DNA of 32,000 bases from assembly GCA_026692865.1 (NCBI GenBank), contig JAPLNI010000057.1:460476-492475 (forward strand), in the 5' to 3' direction. This document shows positions 1-9,095 of this stretch, piece by piece. The notes under the pieces were generated by a model. The model saw only the letters and a program-made list of their open reading frames with translations. It was not told the origin of the DNA and did no database searches. The position numbers and the translations under genes were made by a program. This stretch comes from Planctomycetota bacterium (GTDB lineage: Bacteria > Planctomycetota > Planctomycetia > Pirellulales > Pirellulaceae). Within the stretch, counting starts at the first letter, position 1. The number at the start of each line of letters is the position of its first letter.

Positions 1-3000
1 GACATAGCTGCGTTCAGGTAGGCCTTAACAAATTCATCCATTTGGTTTCGATACATGGCTGCAACGGACATCCATAGATGGCGATCATTTGGTCTCAACA
101 AGACTTGATTCACGGTTGCAGAAATATGCGATTGGGGAAACAGATAGTCCGATGGTAGCCTAGCCAACAGCCAACCAGCTAGTCGAGACTCCTCGGCGTC
201 TTCACTTGCAACACAGGAAGTGACAGCATCTATCGCCTTTTGATCTATTGCTACATGGGAAAGCGAATGTGCAACCTGCCTGCCGACACTTAGCCCGATG
301 AGTTGGATTTCTTGCTGTGGACTGTCTAGCATGTGTAACAGATCTTGCTGAACGAACTTACCGGCCGCACTCAACAATCCTGCGCATTGATTTGCAGTGC
401 TTATGTTGGATTGCTTCGACGAATTCTGAAGTAAGTCTCGAAGCTTCGATTCAGAACTTTCTGAGAAATCATTCCCGACGATCGCTTGCAGAATCATTCT
501 GCTTGCCTGACGCTGCAACCATGAGTCATTTCTTGAAAGGCAATCGATTGCTTGTGCAACGTCTTGTATAGGCTTTGATAAACCGCGAGACCGGTTGTCT
601 TTTGTAGTGGTTTTAACAACACGATAGATTCGCCCCTGTGAATCTCCCATACGTTGATCAGGGCGATTTTTTAGCTCGCTTGGAACCCACTCCGGGTGTT
701 CAATAACGGCTCGATACATATCGACAATGTAGATCGCACCGTCCGGTCCCTCATAAAGATCGACTGGACGAAACCAAGGATCGTGGCTGGCTAGCCATTC
801 TCGTTGATGCGAACCAGATGGTAGTGAACTATGACTCTCCCTCTCTGTACCAAAACCATTGACGCGACTTAAAACTTTTCGCTGAACGAGGCCGCCTGTC
901 GGTTCGCATGTCAATACAGTTGTCGACTCTGGACTACCAAAAAGTTCACTGTGAGTCACGCATACTCCGCACGCAGCCGTAAACTGCCCAGCGTGATGAG
1001 TTGATGTTGTCCATGCATTGATCAGCGGATAAACCTTCGAGTTGGCCTCGGAGGGTAGTGCCTGATTCAGTGATGGTGCAAATCCTGCCAAAGGACTTAT
1101 GTTTACATCTTCACGATCTGCGACGATTTCAAAGCAGGGTTGTCTATTCGAACAACCATACCGCCGACCAACATTGTCGAAAGACAAACCAAACTGCGAA
1201 GGACCTGTAATGCTTTCAATATTCTTCCGAACCAAGTGGAATCGAACATCACTCCCTGCAATATCGATCGCGGGATGATCATTCCCAAGTGATGAATCAA
1301 GCGAGATTACACCACCGCGAAGTCCGCTCGCGATCGTAAGCCACCCATCCGCCGTAATGGTCGGGTGGTTAGCGCGAAGCTGGGAATTCGACTTAGAAAA
1401 CCCGGTCAACCATGTCTCGATTTTGTCTGCCTTAAGATCTCCGTCTGTATCGCGTAAGAAGAGCAGTTTTTCTTCAACGGTTACGAGTACTCCGTCACGC
1501 CACGGTTGGAGTCCCGTTGCAAATTGAAGGCCTTCCGCAAAAGTGTGACTGGTTTCCATCATTCCGTCTGCATCGTGGTCTTCCAGCACGACAATCCGAC
1601 ATTGGGGTTCTTCGACACCACTTGGGTAGTCTCTCATTTCGACTACCCACATTCGTCCTTTTTCGTCGATCTGCATTGATACTGGGTCGACAACTTGCGG
1701 CTCAGATGCGACGAGCTCAATCGCGAAGCCCTCTTCTAATTCAAATGCGCCCAGAGACTGCAAAGGTGATAACGGTGAATTTGGAAGTGAAACATTTTTT
1801 GTTAGAGGAACCGTTGCATGTACCTTACGTTGATTAAGATCCGCCAGTAGGTTAGTAATCCCTTCGACCATGGTCGGTTCGGCTTGCTCGTTCAGGCAGC
1901 TTGATCTGCAGCGCCACGTCGCGTATCCACCTAGTTGAAACATTTCAGGTGGTGGTATGTAGCCACAATGTCCGTTTGCAAGACCGATGTTCATTGTCAA
2001 CGAGAACGGGCTCGCTTGTCGAATCTTGAGTCCTGTCTCGCAATACGATTCGCATGGGTTGGCTGCGATTGCGAAGTCACCGAGTCGAAAGGCCTGAAGG
2101 TTCATTCGGCGAGTGGCTGGTAACTCGCTCAACAAAATTGTTTCTCTGGCATAGTTCTCGTCCATGGTCTTTGGTAGTCGATCACCAAGGTTGGACTTTA
2201 CCCAAGCTTTTGCTTCATCAACTTCTTCCTGCTTTGGCATACGAACAGGGGCATCGAAGCTATTGAAAGCGGAATCAAGGGTCGCTTGACTTGAATATTT
2301 AATGGTTGGGACGACAGAAAGAATTTGGTCGGCAATGTAGTCGCCGACATCTACATAGGTGAATGGTTCGCGAGGTTTACTAAAATCAATACAGTTAGCG
2401 TTCCCACTAGTCGCATTTGCCATCAGCCCTACAAACGCATCAGGGTCATCGGGACGCATTGCCTTACCAAGCTTTTTTGCAACCACGCCGAAGTAGTCTG
2501 ACGAAAGTGGCTTAGCGCCTGCATAGTGCGTACTGAAGCTAGCGAGCAATGCGATAGCACGACCTTCGAGGTCTTGAATCGACAATATGGGGATCACTCG
2601 ATCTATCGTTCCAACCGGTGCAAGTTTGTCGGCGTTCTCGAAACCTGGGTTCATGCTCACATCGTCCATTGTGCGACCTGAAAATGGCGTCGACCTAGCT
2701 TTTCCGGGCTTCATCAACCAATCTCGGCAATGAATAAATTTGTCCGAGACTACCGAAGCCGTTCCATATTGTGCAGGTTGCAATCGATCGTTTGCAGAGG
2801 CGATCCCATCGGCGATCCAACTAGGAAGTTCTTTTGCATAATCATCTTGCACAGGGCATCCGTGAACGCCAGCGACCGATACTGCTGAATGCGTATGTGT
2901 GGCGGCAATCAGAACACACTCTGGCGGAAGGCCCATACGCTTTTGAATAATCGTCTTTGCCGTATCAGTAACTTCATGCGGCAAGATACAGTTATCGACG

Positions 3001-3236
3001 ATAGCTATGGCAACCTTGTGTCCAGATTCTTCCAGCACAAGACATCGCACAAACAATGTATCAAGAACTCGATCTGCCTTCTTTCCTGCGATTCCACCGT
3101 TAACCCAAACAGGGAAAGTTTGAGGATCGATTGACCTCGCAAACGCACCAGCTTTTAACTCTTGTGACCATGCAACAGATCCAATATGGCAAGAACATAT
3201 AAGCACAACCAAAATGCGTTGCATCATCGTTTTCAT
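1..3236 (-). CDS. Secreted multidomain protein, 3' end outside the window: neutral/alkaline-ceramidase-like N-terminal domain fused to a PVC-type 'membrane-bound dehydrogenase' beta-propeller domain and HEAT-like helical repeats
   Basis: Not in the supplied ORF track because there is no stop in the window. Manual minus-strand translation from the ATG at 3236 gives MKTMMQRILVVLICSCHIGSVAWSQ (signal-peptide-like) and stays open for 1078 codons to position 1. Motifs: KVAIAIVDNCILP and LIAATHTHSA (ceramidase-like); FELEEGFAIELVASEPQVVDPVSMQIDEKGRMWVVEMRDYP (typical start of the Pirellula/Verrucomicrobium dehydrogenase domain, from about nt 1765 downward); IYIVDMYRAVIEHPEWVP; a helical repeat region in the last ~200 codons. 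Confidence 0.8.
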   Translation of the reverse strand, partial: MKTMMQRILVVLICSCHIGSVAWSQELKAGAFARSIDPQTFPVWVNGGIAGKKADRVLDTLFVRCLVLEESGHKVAIAIVDNCILPHEVTDTAKTIIQKRMGLPPECVLIAATHTHSAVSVAGVHGCPVQDDYAKELPSWIADGIASANDRLQPAQYGTASVVSDKFIHCRDWLMKPGKARSTPFSGRTMDDVSMNPGFENADKLAPVGTIDRVIPILSIQDLEGRAIALLASFSTHYAGAKPLSSDYFGVVAKKLGKAMRPDDPDAFVGLMANATSGNANCIDFSKPREPFTYVDVGDYIADQILSVVPTIKYSSQATLDSAFNSFDAPVRMPKQEEVDEAKAWVKSNLGDRLPKTMDENYARETILLSELPATRRMNLQAFRLGDFAIAANPCESYCETGLKIRQASPFSLTMNIGLANGHCGYIPPPEMFQLGGYATWRCRSSCLNEQAEPTMVEGITNLLADLNQRKVHATVPLTKNVSLPNSPLSPLQSLGAFELEEGFAIELVASEPQVVDPVSMQIDEKGRMWVVEMRDYPSGVEEPQCRIVVLEDHDADGMMETSHTFAEGLQFATGLQPWRDGVLVTVEEKLLFLRDTDGDLKADKIETWLTGFSKSNSQLRANHPTITADGWLTIASGLRGGVISLDSSLGNDHPAIDIAGSDVRFHLVRKNIESITGPSQFGLSFDNVGRRYGCSNRQPCFEIVADREDVNISPLAGFAPSLNQALPSEANSKVYPLINAWTTSTHHAGQFTAACGVCVTHSELFGSPESTTVLTCEPTGGLVQRKVLSRVNGFGTERESHSSLPSGSHQREWLASHDPWFRPVDLYEGPDGAIYIVDMYRAVIEHPEWVPSELKNRPDQRMGDSQGRIYRVVKTTTKDNRSRGLSKPIQDVAQAIDCLSRNDSWLQRQASRMILQAIVGNDFSESSESKLRDLLQNSSKQSNISTANQCAGLLSAAGKFVQQDLLHMLDSPQQEIQLIGLSVGRQVAHSLSHVAIDQKAIDAVTSCVASEDAEESRLAGWLLARLPSDYLFPQSHISATVNQVLLRPNDRHLWMSVAAMYRNQMDEFVKAYLNAAM

Positions 3237-3349
3237 CAGGATTTGGTTTGATTGCATAGTTGGCGCCTCAATATCGCACTGTTTTGTTTCTATTGGTGTG
3301 GGAACCTAGTGCTCTGTCCAATTCAAAAATTAGGGTTGGATGCTGGTAG

Positions 3350-3369
3350 CAGATGTCGTAAGACATCTG
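3350..3369 (+). other. Perfect 8-bp inverted repeat with a GTAA centre (CAGATGTC-GTAA-GACATCTG)
   Basis: Read directly from the sequence. Lies in the 446-bp divergent intergenic region between the gene ending at 3236 and the exonuclease gene. Confidence 0.6.
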
Positions 3370-3404
3370 AATGTCGTAGGTTTGGCCGCCGTTTACACCG
3401 ACTT

Positions 3405-3424
3405 CGGAATTCTTACGAATTCCG
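3405..3424 (-). other. Perfect 8-bp inverted repeat, CGGAATTC-TTAC-GAATTCCG (GTAA centre when read on the minus strand)
   Basis: Read directly from the sequence. Same 8-4-8 geometry as the repeat at 3350-3369, with the GTAA centre on the opposite strand. Confidence 0.6.
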
Positions 3425-3682
3425 CTACCCAAAACTTTAATCTGGACGGAGCATTAGTCCAATATTGTAACAAATTAGCATGCGTCCAAAGTCTGGCGAC
3501 TTCGGCTATGGAATTTTCTGATTTGGGCACAACTTAAGCTTGCCTGGGTAAGATAATAACAGATCGGGACTGAGATTCGGTGATGACATGCGGTTACTAC
3601 TTTGTAAAAGCGATACGTTGAAGATTCTGTAGGCTATCACCATCAAAACAGATCAAGTCAGTTTGCAATTGGCAACGTACAT

Positions 3683-4771
3683 ATGAAGGATGTTTTGGAG
3701 TCGACTTCGCGGGGTTTGTACTGCGTACCGGGCGACTTTTATATTGACCCATGTTTACCCGTTAATCGGGCGGTGGTCACCCACGCGCACTCGGACCACG
3801 CTCGCTGGGGTTGCAAACGGTACCTTGCTGCGAAACCCTGTGAGCAATTACTGCGAATGCGGATGAGTCCGGATGCTGAATTTCGTTTTTTGCCCTATGG
3901 CGAAACGATCACAATCGGCGGTGTTCAAATCAGTTTTTACCCTGCGGGCCATATCTTAGGCTCAGCACAAATTCGTCTTGAGTACCAGGGCTTGGTGATT
4001 TTAATCACAGGCGATTACAAACTGGGGTACGATTCGACTTGCGATTCATGGCAACCCATGCGTTGTCACCACATGATCAGCGAATCGACTTTTGGTTTAC
4101 CTATCTACCGATGGCCATCTCAACAAGTGGTATTCGAGTCGATCAATCAATGGTGGCGAGATTGCCGCGAGCAGGGGAAGTGTTGCGTGCTGTATGGATA
4201 CGCTATTGGCAAGAGCCAAAGATTGCTTGCCGGACTGGATCCTACGATCGGAACAATTTATTGCCACGGAGCTGTTCAAAAAGGAAACGAGGCTTACCGG
4301 CGAACAGGAATCCATTTACCTGAAACCACCTATGTCGGATCTGTTACAGGGAAGCATGATTGGAAGGGAGCGATGGTTGTAGCTGTTCCCAGCGTCCATG
4401 GTACTCCTTGGCTTAAAAAGTTCGGTCGTTACAGTACAGCTATGGCGAGTGGTTGGATGGCTGTTAGGGGTGCTCGTCGCCGAAGATCGGTTGATCGTGG
4501 ATATGTTTTAAGCGACCATGTAGATTGGCCATCACTGATGACGGCAATCCATGAATGCAACCCCGAAACAGTTTGGTTAACGCATGGATTCACAGCAACG
4601 GTGGCGCGGTATCTTGTCGAACAGGGACGGGATGCACGTGTGCTGGACTTGCTAGGTCGAGATCTGGGTGAAGAAGATAAGGATGAAGAAGAATCGAGTG
4701 ACGAGGATTTTATCGACGAACCAATCGGTCAAGGAAACGAATCACCAGAGATTGAGGCCACGACTTCATGA
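3683..4771 (+). CDS. Ligase-associated DNA damage response exonuclease (metallo-beta-lactamase / beta-CASP fold)
   Basis: 362-aa ORF. MBL motif VVTHAHSDHARW. The stop overlaps the ligase start (ATGA at 4768-4771). Its position is the one usual for the exonuclease in the four-gene ligase-associated cassette. Acidic C-terminal tail (EEDKDEEESSDEDFIDE). Confidence 0.85.
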   Translation: MKDVLESTSRGLYCVPGDFYIDPCLPVNRAVVTHAHSDHARWGCKRYLAAKPCEQLLRMRMSPDAEFRFLPYGETITIGGVQISFYPAGHILGSAQIRLEYQGLVILITGDYKLGYDSTCDSWQPMRCHHMISESTFGLPIYRWPSQQVVFESINQWWRDCREQGKCCVLYGYAIGKSQRLLAGLDPTIGTIYCHGAVQKGNEAYRRTGIHLPETTYVGSVTGKHDWKGAMVVAVPSVHGTPWLKKFGRYSTAMASGWMAVRGARRRRSVDRGYVLSDHVDWPSLMTAIHECNPETVWLTHGFTATVARYLVEQGRDARVLDLLGRDLGEEDKDEEESSDEDFIDEPIGQGNESPEIEATTS

Positions 4772-6393
4772 TTCGGTTTGCTGCCTTGTTCGATGCAATT
4801 GATAGAACGACCAAAACCAATGAAAAGCTAACGGCATTGGTCAACTACTTTCGCGAAGCGGATCATGCGGATGCTGCTTGGGCGACCTATTTCCTTTGCG
4901 GATCCAAGTTGAAACAATTGGTCCCAACAAAACTACTTCGGGCGTGGGCCGCACAAGAGGCCGATATCCCACCTTGGCTATTCGAGGAATCTTATCACAC
5001 GGTTGGGGATTTGGCGGAGACCTTAACTTTAACGGTACCGCCGGGCAACTTGGCCAGCGATGAGTCACTATCGACTTGGGTAGAACAGCGACTAATACCG
5101 TTGCGAGGGATGGCGGAAGCAGAACAGCATCAAGTCGTTGTCGCGATTTGGAATGAAACCCCGTTGGAGATGCGATTGGTAATTTTAAAACTGATTACGG
5201 GCGCATTTCGAGTAGGCGTTAGCAAGTCGATGGTGACGCGTGCTGTGGCGGAGTACGCTGGTGTATCCTCCGATGTCATTTCGCATCGTCTGATGGGTAC
5301 TTGGAAGCCCACTGCGGAATTCTTTGAGAAGTTGATTTCAAAAGAAGTTCAAGACACCATTTCCAGTCAGCCCTTTCCTTTTTGTTTAGCGCATCCGGTT
5401 GATCCCGCATTGTTTGATCCGGAATTGGGCCCAGGAGGAATTGGAAAAATCAGCGACTTTGCAGCCGAATGGAAATGGGATGGAATTCGAGGACAAGTGA
5501 TTCGACGCGACCAACAGGTTTTTGTTTGGTCGCGAGGTGAAGAGCTTATGGAGAACCGCTGGCCCGAAATCGAATCCGCCGCTCAACTTTTGCCTGATGG
5601 AACAGTTCTTGACGGCGAGATCTTGGCGTCGTTAGGCGAGAATCAAGTGCTGCCTTTCGCGCAGCTTCAGAAGCGAATTGGTAGAAAAGTGGTTAGCAAC
5701 AAGCTTTTGAAAGAAGTGCCCGTCATCTTTCAAGCGTTTGATCTGCTTCAAGATGCAGGACAAGACATTCGAACTTTGCAATTCTCCGAAAGGAGGCGAC
5801 GGTTGGAAAATCTGCTTTCGACAGTGAACCATCCCAACTTTTGCGTCACCCAACTCATTCCAGGAAATTCCTGGGATGAATGGTCCAAAGTTCGCGGCCA
5901 AAGCCGAGCCATGAATGCAGAGGGCTTGATGCTAAAGCGATGGAATGCAGCTTACGAAGTAGGGCGAGTTCGCGGGGTGTGGTGGAAATGGAAGGTTTCG
6001 CCCTACACGATCGATGCCGTGCTGATTTACGCTCAGAAGGGTCACGGAAAGCGGTCGGGGCTTTACACGGACTATACTTTCGCACTCTGGGACGGCGACA
6101 GATTGGTACCCTTTGCAAAAGCATATAGTGGGTTGGACGATCGGGAAATCAAAAAGATCGATCGATTCGTTCGTCAAAACACAAAAGAAGCGTTTGGACC
6201 AGTGCGGAGCGTCGCGCCTGCTTTGGTAATGGAGCTCGCGTTTGAAGGGTTGCAAATCAGTTCGCGTCACAAAAGTGGAATCGCAACACGTTTCCCTCGA
6301 ATCGTGCGATGGAGACATGATAAGAAACCGGAGGACGCGAATACCCTGAATGAATTGATGGGTTTATTGCCCGACTCGGAGCCTCAAGGATAG
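4768..6393 (+). CDS. ATP-dependent DNA ligase (bacterial ligase-associated-DDR type)
   Basis: 541-aa ORF. Adenylation motif I KxDG in AAEWKWDGIRGQVI. Further nucleotidyltransferase/OB-like motifs (DGEIL, EGLMLKR, WWKWK). Translationally coupled to the upstream exonuclease gene. Confidence 0.9.
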   Translation: MIRFAALFDAIDRTTKTNEKLTALVNYFREADHADAAWATYFLCGSKLKQLVPTKLLRAWAAQEADIPPWLFEESYHTVGDLAETLTLTVPPGNLASDESLSTWVEQRLIPLRGMAEAEQHQVVVAIWNETPLEMRLVILKLITGAFRVGVSKSMVTRAVAEYAGVSSDVISHRLMGTWKPTAEFFEKLISKEVQDTISSQPFPFCLAHPVDPALFDPELGPGGIGKISDFAAEWKWDGIRGQVIRRDQQVFVWSRGEELMENRWPEIESAAQLLPDGTVLDGEILASLGENQVLPFAQLQKRIGRKVVSNKLLKEVPVIFQAFDLLQDAGQDIRTLQFSERRRRLENLLSTVNHPNFCVTQLIPGNSWDEWSKVRGQSRAMNAEGLMLKRWNAAYEVGRVRGVWWKWKVSPYTIDAVLIYAQKGHGKRSGLYTDYTFALWDGDRLVPFAKAYSGLDDREIKKIDRFVRQNTKEAFGPVRSVAPALVMELAFEGLQISSRHKSGIATRFPRIVRWRHDKKPEDANTLNELMGLLPDSEPQG

Positions 6394-6444
6394 TGAACAG
6401 TAGCCAACGAGAGAGTCTAAACAAGAATTTTGGTGTTCGGGTAT

Positions 6445-6537
6445 TCTCGTACTCGTACTCAGGCGTTAGCCGGTACTCGTACTCGCTTTGCCGTTGAATC
6501 GAGTACGAGTACCATTTCATTGAGTACGAGTACGAGA
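6445..6537 (+). repeat. Nested double-hairpin repeat element, copy A, built from GTACTCGTACTC units arranged direct-direct-inverted-inverted
   Basis: Outer stem 6445-6460 / 6522-6537 (TCTCGTACTCGTACTC / GAGTACGAGTACGAGA, 16 bp perfect). Inner stem 6472-6485 / 6500-6513 (14 bp perfect) with a 14-nt loop. Unpaired spacers of 11 nt and 8 nt (ATTTCATT). Weaker flank similarity to copy B extends to about 6424-6553. Confidence 0.85.
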
Positions 6538-6614
6538 TTTCAGCAACGTATTTCAACTGCAAAACGCAACGTAACCAATTCAAACCAATTAGCCATTAGT
6601 AGTCACATTCCACA

Positions 6615-9095
6615 GTGCCCAACCAAGTTCCATTGAAACGCCTGCTCGATTACTTTGAGAGCAAAGGACACAAGCCGTTTCCTTTCCAACGAGACGCATG
6701 GAAAGCTTATGCTGAGGGTTCTAGCGGTTTAGTTCATTCGGCTACAGGGACAGGAAAGACGCTTGCTGTTTGGCTTGGACCAATACTGAGTTGGTTAAAG
6801 CAGAACAAAGATCAAGACCAATGGAATCCGAAGAATCCGCCGCCGCTGCGCGTGTTGTGGATTACACCGCTTCGCGCTTTGGCCGCCGACACTGAAAATG
6901 CCCTCCGATCTCCGATTGAAGCGATGAAGCTCCCTTGGCTTTTAGAATCTCGCACGGGCGACAGTCTTGCTAGCGTTAAGGCTAAACAACTCAAGCGGTT
7001 GCCGACTGCTTTGATTACAACCCCAGAAAGTCTTTGTCTTTTGCTGACACACGCTGCGTTGCAATCGCAATTGAGTCAGATCGAGGGGGTGATTGTAGAC
7101 GAATGGCATGAATTGCTAGGCAGTAAGCGAGGGGTGCAAGTGGAGTTGGCATTGGCCCGACTTCGCAGGCTCAATCCATCGCTGCGAACTTGGGGACTCT
7201 CCGCCACGCTTGGCAATCTGGACGAAGCAGGAGAGGCATTGTTTGGGGTTGCATCCACCGTTCCACGTAAGATCATCCAAGGTAAAAGCAAAAAGCGATT
7301 GAAGCTTGAATCTTTGATACCCGACAAGATGGAACGTTTCCCGTGGTCTGGCCATATTGGAACACGCATGGTGCGACAAGTATCGGAGCAAATTTCACAG
7401 GTCGCGAGCGCGTTGGTTTTTGCGAACACGCGATCGCAAACGGAAATTTGGTATCAGCATTTGTTGCAACATCGTCCTGATTGGGCAGGACAGATCGCTG
7501 TCCATCATGGGTCGCTAGATATCAGTGTGCGCGACTGGGTCGAAAATGGGTTGCGAAGTGGTAAGTTGCGAGCCGTCGTTTGTACGAGCAGCCTTGACTT
7601 AGGGGTCGACTTTTCAGCGGTAGATCTTGTCCTTCAAGTGGGCAGCCCTAAAGGCTCGGCTCGTTTGCTGCAGCGTGCGGGGCGAAGTGGTCACCAACCC
7701 GGCGCCGAAAGTCGGCTAGTCTTTGTTCCGACCAACGCTCTGGAACTGATCGAGATGGCGGCTGCCAAGGAAGCGATCCAGCAGGGCAAGATGGAGGCTC
7801 GTTTGCTGCTGAGCAAACCACTGGATGTTTTGATCCAGCATGCCGTGACGATCGCCATCGGGGGCGGTTTCCATTCAAAAGATTTGTTTGACGAAGTCCG
7901 AACAACCCAAGCGTTCCAAAATCTTACGGAAGACGAATGGCAATGGATTCTAGATTTCATTGTTCACGGTGGAAGTTCCTTGACCGCTTACCCGGAATTT
8001 CATCGAGTTCAATTGGTGGACGACCAGTACCAAGTATCGATGCGGCGCATCATTACTTTGCATCGCATGAATATTGGCACCATTGTTTCGGATACGGCGA
8101 TGAAGGTAAGGTACATGAGCGGCAGTACGATGGGTACCGTCGAAGAAAGTTTTATTTCAAAGCTGAAGGAAGGGGATCGTTTTTTGTTTGCGGGTAGGCT
8201 CGTAGAATTGGTGATCGTTCGCGATAACACTGCTTACGTAAAGCGATCGAAGGGGACTCCGGATGCGGTGCCACGATGGATGGGCGGGAGAATGCCGCTG
8301 TCAAGCGAACTGAGCACCGCGCTGCGCGATAAGATTCACGAAGCGTCGGAAAGCCATTTTGCTGGTCCCGAAATGAAATCCCTAAAAGGGTTGTTCGAGC
8401 TTCAGCAACGCTGGAGCGCTGTGCCAAAAAGAGATGAGCTTCTGATCGAACTGGTGCGCGAAAGAGCAGGGTACCATGCCTTTCTTTTCCCATTTGAAGG
8501 ACGTTTGGTGCATGAAGGCATGGCGTCTGTGTTGGCATACCGATTGACGCGTTTGCAACGCACCACAATGAGCATGGCATGCAATGACCATGGCATTGTT
8601 TTGCAATCGCCCCATGTGATCGAGATCGAGAAAGCGATAGCTCAAGGTTTGTTTTCTGCTGATAGACTCGAAGAGGACGTTCGGCAAAGTATGAACGCCA
8701 CTGAAATGGCCAAACGGCAGTTCCGTCAGATCGCTCGCGTATCGGGTTTGATCCAGTCTGGTTTACCTGGCCAACGCAAAAGCACCAATCATATCCAGGC
8801 CAGCAGCAATCTTTTCTTTGATGCATTTAGCGAACATGATTCGGGAAATTTACTGCTAAAGCAGTGCCGCAGAGAGGTACTTGAACAGCAGTTGGAATGG
8901 ACGCGTTTGCGTCTCGCGTTAGAGCGGATGGAGAATGGAAAGATCACGTTCATGTATCCAACTAAAGTGACGCCACTGGCTTTTTCGCTACTGGTGGATA
9001 AACTTCGCGAGCGAGTCAGTAGCGAAACCCTGGCTGACAGGGTCGAACGCATGCAAAAGGAACTTGAAAATGCTGCCGAAGGGAGCTCAAGGTAG
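6615..9095 (+). CDS. Ligase-associated DNA damage response DEXH-box helicase (Lhr-core-like, superfamily 2)
   Basis: 826-aa ORF with a GTG start. Walker A/motif I SATGTGKT; motif II VIVDEWHEL (DEWH); motif VI LLQRAGRSGH. Position in the cassette between the ligase and PdeM. Confidence 0.9.
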   Translation: MPNQVPLKRLLDYFESKGHKPFPFQRDAWKAYAEGSSGLVHSATGTGKTLAVWLGPILSWLKQNKDQDQWNPKNPPPLRVLWITPLRALAADTENALRSPIEAMKLPWLLESRTGDSLASVKAKQLKRLPTALITTPESLCLLLTHAALQSQLSQIEGVIVDEWHELLGSKRGVQVELALARLRRLNPSLRTWGLSATLGNLDEAGEALFGVASTVPRKIIQGKSKKRLKLESLIPDKMERFPWSGHIGTRMVRQVSEQISQVASALVFANTRSQTEIWYQHLLQHRPDWAGQIAVHHGSLDISVRDWVENGLRSGKLRAVVCTSSLDLGVDFSAVDLVLQVGSPKGSARLLQRAGRSGHQPGAESRLVFVPTNALELIEMAAAKEAIQQGKMEARLLLSKPLDVLIQHAVTIAIGGGFHSKDLFDEVRTTQAFQNLTEDEWQWILDFIVHGGSSLTAYPEFHRVQLVDDQYQVSMRRIITLHRMNIGTIVSDTAMKVRYMSGSTMGTVEESFISKLKEGDRFLFAGRLVELVIVRDNTAYVKRSKGTPDAVPRWMGGRMPLSSELSTALRDKIHEASESHFAGPEMKSLKGLFELQQRWSAVPKRDELLIELVRERAGYHAFLFPFEGRLVHEGMASVLAYRLTRLQRTTMSMACNDHGIVLQSPHVIEIEKAIAQGLFSADRLEEDVRQSMNATEMAKRQFRQIARVSGLIQSGLPGQRKSTNHIQASSNLFFDAFSEHDSGNLLLKQCRREVLEQQLEWTRLRLALERMENGKITFMYPTKVTPLAFSLLVDKLRERVSSETLADRVERMQKELENAAEGSSR

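Noticed and set aside
317-3537. About ten short ORFs (60-106 aa), on both strands, listed in the track across the left 3.5 kb
   Set aside because: Those between 317 and 3134 lie antisense to, or out of frame with, a continuous 1078-codon minus-strand ORF that has clear domain motifs. The two in 3252-3537 fall in the divergent intergenic region and have no recognisable features.
3237-3682. Search for a LexA/SOS box upstream of the repair cassette, and likewise at 11204-11352 between Nei and DUF2256
   Set aside because: No CTGT-N8-ACAG, GAAC-N4-GTTC, GTTC-N7-GTTC or TGTTC-N4-GAACA type site is present. The planctomycete LexA motif is not known to me, so absence of these forms is not strong evidence either way.
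6257-6636. Track ORFs 6257-6583 (-) and 6430-6636 (+), whose translations contain YSYSYS, EYEYE and STSTS runs
   Set aside because: The periodic peptides are simply the GTACTC/GAGTAC hexamer repeats read in frame. The ORFs exist on both strands because the region is palindromic. They are treated as non-coding repeat.
8152-8826. 224-aa minus-strand ORF inside the helicase gene. Similar long antisense ORFs occur at 28078-28728 (216 aa), 30437-31006 (189 aa), 19046-19537 (163 aa), 23898-24377 (159 aa) and 8789-9370 (193 aa)
   Set aside because: Each is fully embedded antisense in a gene with strong family motifs. Their compositions are Arg/Ser/Cys-rich, as is typical of shadow ORFs, and they contain no recognisable domains.
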